Shown here piece after piece: positions 57,705 through 64,000 of a stretch of 64,000 nt of DNA. Every line of letters starts with the position of its first letter. The stretch's first letter is position 1. Made by a program: the position numbers and the translations under genes. The notes under the pieces are model-generated. The model was not told where the DNA came from and ran no database searches. It saw only the letters and a program-made list of their open reading frames with translations. Location of the stretch: the IMG/VR virus record IMGVR_UViG_3300043399_000297, positions 124,001 through 188,000 of that record; one strand, written 5' to 3'.

Positions 57705-58252
57705 ACACTAGGATTGAACGAGACTTCTATTTTCACGCTGCACTACACTTCAAAAAGGAGTTTTACGTTAATACCTATGACATTACGTTATCTATGCTCA
57801 TAGATACAGACAGTGCAAGAGAACAGCAAGTGGCTATGGACAGGATATTACATTATCTGAAATGTATATTCAGTGATTGTATCTTTGTTCACTGTTTAGA
57901 TACTGAATCTATCAACAAATACAAAATGGCGGGCATAAGAGTTTGTGAACTACCAGAAGAACCCTGGGACCAAGTTGTAGCAATGGTAGTTTTAAACAAG
58001 TTAAATGCTATAATGGAAAATAGAATACGTATTACTGATATGGTATTGGCTAGTGCGATGAGCGAGGGTGTTAGATATTCAATCGTCAGTGAAGAAGCAG
58101 AAAGTGTATTAGCTGGAAATAACTGGTGGAATAACGCAAGTATGTCAATTACAAATGAGAATGGTTATCCTGGAGAGAACGTAGTCAAGTTATTTCACGA
58201 AGACGATTGGATTAGTTTGGGGTTATCCTGGAAAGAAATGGGTAAAACTTAA
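57701..58252 (+). CDS. hypothetical protein
   Basis: ORF overlapping the previous stop. Confidence 0.7.
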   Translation: MNTRIERDFYFHAALHFKKEFYVNTYDITLSMLIDTDSAREQQVAMDRILHYLKCIFSDCIFVHCLDTESINKYKMAGIRVCELPEEPWDQVVAMVVLNKLNAIMENRIRITDMVLASAMSEGVRYSIVSEEAESVLAGNNWWNNASMSITNENGYPGENVVKLFHEDDWISLGLSWKEMGKT

Positions 58253-58254
58253 TA

Positions 58255-58283
58255 TTGACATTATGTTAAGTTAGTGCTATCTT
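58255..58283 (+). promoter_or_regulatory. sigma70-type promoter TTGACA-N17-TATCTT, leaderless into ATG 58290
   Basis: ATG 6 nt after the -10. Confidence 0.65.
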
Positions 58284-58289
58284 GACACT

Positions 58290-58796
58290 ATGGAAAGAGA
58301 CAAGTTCGGCCAAATCATATATAATGAGAATGACTTAATAGACTTGTATCTATCCAATCCTGACATTAGCTTAAATAACGTTATCGTAAATAAAAAAATA
58401 GTATTCAATAATGAATTGTCACTAGAAAATATACCGGAACTGATTGACTACCTGGTTAGTGATAGTAGCATTGAAGATTTTGATAAAGAATGTCAGAACA
58501 ATTGGTTTCTTCCTGACGAATACAAAACTTTTGATATTGCACAGTTTGTATTAGATCAATGCACTAATCAGGAAGAACTACAACGTGCTGGTGAAGAGTT
58601 ATTGCTTTACCAAGAACGTGATATGTTTATGTTACTTAGATATCTAAAATACTTTGTAGATACGATGAGGAAACATAAAATAGTATGGGGAGTTGGGAGA
58701 GGCTCTAGCGTTAGTAGTTTTGTATTGTTTTTAATTGGTGTCCATAAGATTAATTCATTATACTATGACCTTTCTGTTGATGAGTTTTTAAAGTAA
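58290..58796 (+). CDS. dnaE: DNA polymerase III alpha (DnaE)-like fragment, N-terminal palm part
   Basis: RAGEEL...VWGVGRGSSVSSFVLFLIGVHKINSLYYDLSVDEFLK corresponds to DnaE GPGRGSGAGSLVAYAL.IT.LDPL.FDLLFERFL. Confidence 0.85.
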   Translation: MERDKFGQIIYNENDLIDLYLSNPDISLNNVIVNKKIVFNNELSLENIPELIDYLVSDSSIEDFDKECQNNWFLPDEYKTFDIAQFVLDQCTNQEELQRAGEELLLYQERDMFMLLRYLKYFVDTMRKHKIVWGVGRGSSVSSFVLFLIGVHKINSLYYDLSVDEFLK

Positions 58797-58836
58797 GGTT
58801 TTCGCTGTATAAATAAAAATGACAAGGAGTTAATTT

Positions 58837-59313
58837 ATGGGTGTTTATAGATCAGCACAAGGAAAAACAATTGATATGGCAAGACTTGCTGCAATGAACG
58901 AAAGAGTTCGTGCGGTAGGTAATATGAACGTCAACGCTAGAGGTGATACTATTGACAGTAACGGTAGAGTTGTCGTTCCTGTTACTAAAAAGGTAGGAGA
59001 AGCTTACCAAAAGACTGTAGCAAATAGAGCGGCAAATCTTCTCAAGAAGAAAAGAGAAGCTGCCGAAATTGCTGCTGCAAACAAGGCTCAGTCTACTAAC
59101 CAACAAAAAGTTAAAAATGAAGTTATTGCTGAACCCGTAGAAGAAGAAATCGAATTATTGGAAGAGGAATTTGAATTAGAAAATGACGAAGATGCACTTG
59201 CTATCGAAGTATTGAAGGCCGAAGAAAACAAAAAGAACTTTGTCGTTAAGCCTGCAAGTGAAGCTCCTGACTTCTTTGATCCAAATATTGATGTAACTAC
59301 TAAGAAAAAGTAA
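58837..59313 (+). CDS. hypothetical protein, late
   Basis: TATAAATA box, AAGGAG SD, RAVGNMNVNARGD motif. Confidence 0.75.
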   Translation: MGVYRSAQGKTIDMARLAAMNERVRAVGNMNVNARGDTIDSNGRVVVPVTKKVGEAYQKTVANRAANLLKKKREAAEIAAANKAQSTNQQKVKNEVIAEPVEEEIELLEEEFELENDEDALAIEVLKAEENKKNFVVKPASEAPDFFDPNIDVTTKKK

Positions 59314-59315
59314 AA

Positions 59316-59684
59316 ATGGCAAATCAAATACACATTACAAAGCACAAGATTGAGAAGATTACTCCACTAAAGGATACTATTTTAGTTCACGGAATGGAGT
59401 TTAAAGAGCGTCTAAGTAGGGGTGGAATCATTCTTATGGACGACGATATGAAAAGCCAAGGCATTCGGCCAAGATGGGCGCAGGTCTACGCTGTTGGTCC
59501 GGATGTTACAGATATTAAAGTAGATGATTATATTATGATAGCACACGGTCGCTGGAGTCGTGGGATAGCAATTGAAGACGAAGACGGCGAGAAAACGATC
59601 CGTAAAGTAGATCCAAATGACATTTTATTAATTAGTGATGAACCAGTAGAAGATTATACAATGAGTGATAAGGTTATTGCTTAA
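59316..59684 (+). CDS. groES: GroES-like co-chaperonin
   Basis: PLKDTILV...SRGGIIL...VYAVGP...IKVDD. Confidence 0.85.
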   Translation: MANQIHITKHKIEKITPLKDTILVHGMEFKERLSRGGIILMDDDMKSQGIRPRWAQVYAVGPDVTDIKVDDYIMIAHGRWSRGIAIEDEDGEKTIRKVDPNDILLISDEPVEDYTMSDKVIA

Positions 59685-59816
59685 ACGAATATTGAGAAAC
59701 ATTTCTAGTAGGGCCGTGAGCCGAGAATCACTATTTGTTTAAGACTTTAAAGTGAGAAAAAAATACCCATATTAGTAAAATTCCGTACTATGGTCACTTT
59801 AAATAATGGAAAAATT

Positions 59817-59987
59817 ATGAAAAATCAAACTAAAAAAGAAATAGTTGCTCTTGCTGCATTAATAGGTGCAGCAGGAGCAGCAACCTATATGTTCTTAAAG
59901 ACATACAAATCCATTCGTGATTTGGAGAACATTGATCTTGACATTGGCGATGATAGTGTGTTATCTTCTCTTTTTAAGAAGGATTAA
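59817..59987 (+). CDS. small protein with an N-terminal membrane anchor
   Basis: IVALAALIGAAGAATYMFL. Confidence 0.5.
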   Translation: MKNQTKKEIVALAALIGAAGAATYMFLKTYKSIRDLENIDLDIGDDSVLSSLFKKD

Positions 59988-59990
59988 TCA

Positions 59991-60914
59991 GTGAAGAATC
60001 GGTTGTGGGTTGAGAAATATCGCCCATCTAAAATAGATGATTATGTGTTTGTTGACGATAGACAAAAGAACACAGTTGAGCAGTGGATCAAAGACGAGTC
60101 TATTCCCCATCTATTGCTTTCAGGCGATCCCGGCACAGGTAAAACTACATTAGCTAAGGTTCTTATCAATGAACTTAATGTAGAAGACTTTGACGTTCTA
60201 GAAATCAATGCTAGTAGAGAAAATGGCATTGACAACCTTAGAGAAAAAATCAATGGCTTTGTGCAGACTATGCCTTTCGGCAAGTTCAAGGTTGTTTTGT
60301 TAGACGAAGCTGACTATCTTACTCAGCCAGCACAGGCAGCATTGCGTAATGATATGGAAGCATATCACGAAACAGTCAGATACATTTTAACTTGTAACTA
60401 TCAGCACAAAATTATTCCTGCGTTGAAAAGTCGTTGTCACGAATTCCATATCGCAAAGCCCGATATCACGGAATACACAACTCGTGCCGCTACTGTTCTT
60501 ATAAACGAAAACATTGAGTTTGATCTAGATGACCTTGACACATATGTTCGTGCCTGTTATCCCGATCTAAGAAAGTGTTTGAATCAGTTACAGCAGAATA
60601 GCATCACTGGTTCTCTTGCCAAGCCACAGTCAACTGGTAGTGGCGAAGATGAACTATTGGTCGCTGCTACAGAATTGTTCAAGAGTGGTAAGATTCTTGA
60701 AGGTCGTCAGCAATTGTTACAATATATCAGTCTATATCCAACTCGGGTAGAAGATGTGGTAAGATGGGCATATGACAATCTTGATCTTTGGGGTAAGACT
60801 CAAGAGAGCAAAGATGCTTCAATTGTGATCATTCGCAATACGTTAGCAAACCTGCCCTTAGTAGGGATACCTGAAATAAGCATTGCGGCCATGATGGTTG
60901 AATTATGTAGCTAA
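59991..60914 (+). CDS. clamp-loader large subunit (T4 gp44 / RFC-like AAA+)
   Basis: [30 protein letters not shown]. Confidence 0.95.
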   Translation: MKNRLWVEKYRPSKIDDYVFVDDRQKNTVEQWIKDESIPHLLLSGDPGTGKTTLAKVLINELNVEDFDVLEINASRENGIDNLREKINGFVQTMPFGKFKVVLLDEADYLTQPAQAALRNDMEAYHETVRYILTCNYQHKIIPALKSRCHEFHIAKPDITEYTTRAATVLINENIEFDLDDLDTYVRACYPDLRKCLNQLQQNSITGSLAKPQSTGSGEDELLVAATELFKSGKILEGRQQLLQYISLYPTRVEDVVRWAYDNLDLWGKTQESKDASIVIIRNTLANLPLVGIPEISIAAMMVELCS

Positions 60915-61574
60915 TTCCCAACCCTTGACTGATTTGTAATATTTTGTGCGGTTGACCAAATTATAAATATTACTGGCTGAGGCACTGATGTAATTACAGA
61001 AATCGTATTTTGTCATGGTAACTACTTCTTGAGTTTCTTTGTTTCTAAATGAATATAAAGTGTGATCATATTGGTGGTTACCGGCACCTGTTCTATTTCT
61101 ACTTCTAGTCGCTCGTACTTCCGGAGAACTCATACGCTTCTTAAACGCCTCACGACTTTTTTGGCTTTTTGCAGGGTGTCTTTCACCCAAAGACAGCATT
61201 CTCTCGGATTGCAGTGTTCGGTATTTTTCTAATTTGTTGTGACTGTTCTCGCCTGATATTCTTAGAATATGCTCTTCGGTATGCTTATATCCGCTACATC
61301 CGTCTCCACCGTCGGTGAGATTTCGTAGTATGCCGGTGTCATTATCTACTCTACCGTACCATCGTATCATCCGTCTTTCTAACGCAAACGCTCCGGTTTC
61401 GGTGAGATTTTGTTCAAGAAATACAATTCTTGAAAGGTCATCTGGAACCTTAAGTTTTCCGTGATTAGCAAACGCTCGGTTCCCGTTGCCTTTTCCTATG
61501 TAATAAGGGGTTCCTGCTTTAGCTGTAGTTGAGTCATTTTTTCGTAGATATGCGTAGACATAATAAATATTCAT
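60903..61574 (-). CDS. free-standing GIY-YIG-type homing endonuclease (different clade from the other two)
   Basis: YYVYAYLR...PYYIGKG.GNRA...E...I..YGR...[10 protein letters not shown]; helical repeats; KGW C-terminal DNA-binding motif. Confidence 0.8.
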   Translation of the reverse strand: MNIYYVYAYLRKNDSTTAKAGTPYYIGKGNGNRAFANHGKLKVPDDLSRIVFLEQNLTETGAFALERRMIRWYGRVDNDTGILRNLTDGGDGCSGYKHTEEHILRISGENSHNKLEKYRTLQSERMLSLGERHPAKSQKSREAFKKRMSSPEVRATRSRNRTGAGNHQYDHTLYSFRNKETQEVVTMTKYDFCNYISASASNIYNLVNRTKYYKSVKGWELAT

Positions 61575-61640
61575 GCTGATTCTCCTTAACAGAATTAGAG
61601 TGAGTAGGAATGCCAGTTCCGTGACTCACAACTATTTATA
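61575..61640 (-). promoter_or_regulatory. late promoter (TATAAATA) plus conserved two-hairpin leader, copy 3
   Basis: See copy 1. Confidence 0.8.
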
Positions 61641-61653
61641 CTAGGAGGTTATT

Positions 61654-61968
61654 ATCCGTTACTTATTGATTAGTTTCCTCAGAAAGATGGGTGGACAGAT
61701 TGACGAAATGGTCAGTGTTGGCAAAAGAGTTCGTGATAGTGATAAGATCAATGCTAATGTCATTCTTGACTTTGCTGATAAAAAGATTATTAAGTGTATC
61801 ATTGAGGGCAATGAACACGACTCTACCTTTGAGCAACTAAGAGATTATTATTATAAGGTCTATCCTAACTTAATTGATCAGTTAGAGCGTGAGGCTAATA
61901 TTACTGCAATGCAAGAGCAGCCAATGAATAGACAGCAGCGTAGAGCGCAAGAAAGTAAAAAGAAGTAA
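61654..61968 (+). CDS. hypothetical protein; start either a non-canonical ATC at 61654 or TTG at 61666
   Basis: AGGAGG SD at 61643-61648; in-frame stop at 61642-61644. Confidence 0.65.
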   Translation: MRYLLISFLRKMGGQIDEMVSVGKRVRDSDKINANVILDFADKKIIKCIIEGNEHDSTFEQLRDYYYKVYPNLIDQLEREANITAMQEQPMNRQQRRAQESKKK

Positions 61969-61989
61969 ATGGGGCTTTCGCCCCATTTA
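61966..61989. terminator. hairpin between convergent genes, likely a bidirectional terminator
   Basis: TAAATGGGGC-TTTC-GCCCCATTTA. Confidence 0.8.
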
Positions 61990-61991
61990 CT

Positions 61992-62765
61992 TTATGAATA
62001 CATATTCAATATGTGTTCAATAATTTCGTGACGCCTAATATCCTTATTAGTAAATTCACAAGATACCATACCTGGCACACGATACTCTATAATTTTAGAT
62101 TTCAAATCTAATAATCCGTTGTCGGGAGTTTTTCTGTCGGTTTGTTCAACGTCGCCAGTAATGACAATCTTACTGCCCTCACCAATTCTTGTCATTAGCA
62201 TTTTCATCTGACTAGGCGTTGCATTCTGGGCTTCATCCAGAATAATCCAACTGTGCTTAAAGTTACGGCCTCTGCAAAAGGCTAGTGGGGTTATTTCAAT
62301 AACTTGTTCATCTATCATATACTCCAATTCTTTAGTTGAGTAAAACTCTTTCAAAACATCAAACAATGGTCTGACCCACGGTTCCATCTTTGAGTTCAAG
62401 TCGCCGGGTAAGAACCCGTGCTTTTCATCATCAACAGCAACCGCGGGTCTTGTTAGTAGAATCTTGTCACACTGACCACTACGCATAGCTTGAATTGCTG
62501 CAAGCATTGCAAGATATGTTTTACCAGTTCCCGCAGGGCCACTCACCACGACTATATCTGTGTCAGGGTCAGTTAATGCGATTATATATTTTTCCTGATT
62601 TACCGATTGCGGTATTAGTTCGATGGACTTTTTGGTCCTCTTGGGACTGGCTTGATTGAAGTCAATTGTCTTTGATTCATTACTATAGAAAGGTTTACTT
62701 TCATAATCTTTTTTCTGTGTGTATCGTGTGTCTTTTCTTAGTGCGCTTGTTTTTCTCTTTGTCAA
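61992..62765 (-). CDS. phoH: PhoH-like ATPase (likely TTG start at 62765)
   Basis: GPAGTGKT, LTRP, GFLPG, RGRNF, ILDEAQN, TGD..Q.D; AGGAGA SD before the TTG. Confidence 0.93.
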   Translation of the reverse strand: MTKRKTSALRKDTRYTQKKDYESKPFYSNESKTIDFNQASPKRTKKSIELIPQSVNQEKYIIALTDPDTDIVVVSGPAGTGKTYLAMLAAIQAMRSGQCDKILLTRPAVAVDDEKHGFLPGDLNSKMEPWVRPLFDVLKEFYSTKELEYMIDEQVIEITPLAFCRGRNFKHSWIILDEAQNATPSQMKMLMTRIGEGSKIVITGDVEQTDRKTPDNGLLDLKSKIIEYRVPGMVSCEFTNKDIRRHEIIEHILNMYS

Positions 62766-62929
62766 GTATGGTCTCCTGATACCGTTTGAAAGCATTTGCT
62801 CTCAAACTTACTTAGATAGGGGATAATGAGTAAACTATGAGTATGTGAAAAATAGTTTCCTATGATAAATATAAAGCTTATTGCTAAAGTTGTTTCCTTC
62901 TTATTATAGCTGGAGAGATAAATACATAT

Positions 62930-63550
62930 ATGACTACTTTACCAGCAGATAAATTCTTTAACGATATTGACTTCGTTTCTATTGTAGATACTATCAAGGG
63001 TGTCTATATGAGCGACGGATCTATGTCCACATTACTCGATTTTGAACGAGTATTAGATGAAGCCGACTTGTATGCCTTTAAAAATTGGATCGTCGGTGAA
63101 TTAGTTGATGGTCCAGTTATCGGACGATACAATTGCAAATGCACATTCATGTGGCCATACAAGTTAATGCCAGACCCTAGAGGGGCATTACGTTTGGTAA
63201 ACATAGGGTGCAAAGTTACATTTGGTAAAGGTAAAATCAAAGTTCCCGTTCAAGTTAAAGACTATGAAGACTTTGAGCCCGGTACAAGATATCCTAAGTG
63301 GAAAGAACATAAAGTTTGGTTCATAGAGATTGTAGTACCTGCTGACTTAATGGATGACATTAAAGAAGGTTCTATTGATCTTGCTGACCAGTCTATTGAC
63401 TTAAGTGAAATTGAAGACGCATACGATGAAGACCTAGACGATTCAACTAAAGAAGATGCAGGATCAGACACACAAGCAGAAGAAAATCAGCCACTAGGCG
63501 GAGCTCCTGGTGAAATGGCAGCGCCCGGTCCAGAAATGGGGATGATGTAA
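62930..63550 (+). CDS. hypothetical phage protein, late
   Basis: GATAAATA just upstream; acidic tail. Confidence 0.75.
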   Translation: MTTLPADKFFNDIDFVSIVDTIKGVYMSDGSMSTLLDFERVLDEADLYAFKNWIVGELVDGPVIGRYNCKCTFMWPYKLMPDPRGALRLVNIGCKVTFGKGKIKVPVQVKDYEDFEPGTRYPKWKEHKVWFIEIVVPADLMDDIKEGSIDLADQSIDLSEIEDAYDEDLDDSTKEDAGSDTQAEENQPLGGAPGEMAAPGPEMGMM

Positions 63551-63551
63551 T

Positions 63552-64000
63552 ATGAGCCTAGATTACATGGACCTTGAAGGTCAACTTAAAGACACTATTA
63601 CAGTTGATGAGTATGCTGCTAAGATGGGTGAAGACAAAGATATTATCACCATAACATTTACTACTAATTCAAAATTAGCAGCAGAAGATTTAGTAACTTG
63701 GTTTGAATTGGGATATAAATTTGTTTTAGATGCAAGCGTCAGCGATGGTGAAATCGAACCCGGACAATGGTTAGTATTTGTTGAAATCAAACGTAGAAGT
63801 AAAGCTCCAGAACAAATAATTAGTTTGTTGACGGACCTAGAAACATTAACTGGTTATAAACTCAAAGATTGGAATATAATCATTGATGATGAAGAATATG
63901 ACGCAGATGAGCATTTACTTCATCAAACTATGATATTAAATCCAAACGAATACAAAAAAGATGATGAAGTAGAAGAAGAACTTAATGAGTTCAGAACAAT
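63552..64000 (+). CDS. hypothetical protein (MSLDYMDLEGQL...), runs off the window end
   Basis: Open frame from ATG 63552 to the end of the window. Confidence 0.7.
   Translation, partial: MSLDYMDLEGQLKDTITVDEYAAKMGEDKDIITITFTTNSKLAAEDLVTWFELGYKFVLDASVSDGEIEPGQWLVFVEIKRRSKAPEQIISLLTDLETLTGYKLKDWNIIIDDEEYDADEHLLHQTMILNPNEYKKDDEVEEELNEFRT

Noticed and set aside
1-64000. Stop-codon reassignment, as seen in some large phages
   Set aside because: Conserved genes are full length in code 11 and coding density is high; the DnaE split involves distant loci, not an in-frame stop.
1-64000. tRNA or rRNA genes
   Set aside because: Intergenic gaps are short and no cloverleaf with T-loop/D-loop consensus was recognised; a tRNAscan-SE run would confirm.

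Overview
A 64-kb, AT-rich, gene-dense segment of a large T4-like contractile-tailed (myo-type) dsDNA bacteriophage, read in the standard genetic code. Replication genes: UvsW-like helicase end, primase, DnaB-like helicase, two clamp-loader subunits, a DEDDh exonuclease, and a C-family (DnaE-like) polymerase apparently split into two short genes 52 kb apart. Morphogenesis genes: gp13/gp14/gp15-like neck and tail-terminator proteins, tail sheath, tail tube, gp4-like head completion nuclease, two large Asn/Thr/Gly-rich fibres, putative internal head proteins and GroES. Also present are a GH19 endolysin and auxiliary genes (peptide deformylase, PhyH-type dioxygenase, MazG, PhoH, Nudix, dNMP kinase). 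Transcription signals are unusually legible: sigma70-type TTGAC(A/T)-N17-TANNNN promoters, many apparently producing leaderless mRNAs, and T4-late-like TAAATA boxes. The most notable unexplained structure is a ~68-nt two-hairpin element with base-pair covariation. It sits between a late promoter and the ATG of each of three free-standing GIY-YIG-type endonuclease genes from two different sequence clades. All three genes lie antisense to their neighbours and overlap the stop codon of a conserved + strand gene. No tRNA, rRNA, CRISPR array or reverse transcriptase was seen. All assignments are from motif recognition by eye, not from database searches.
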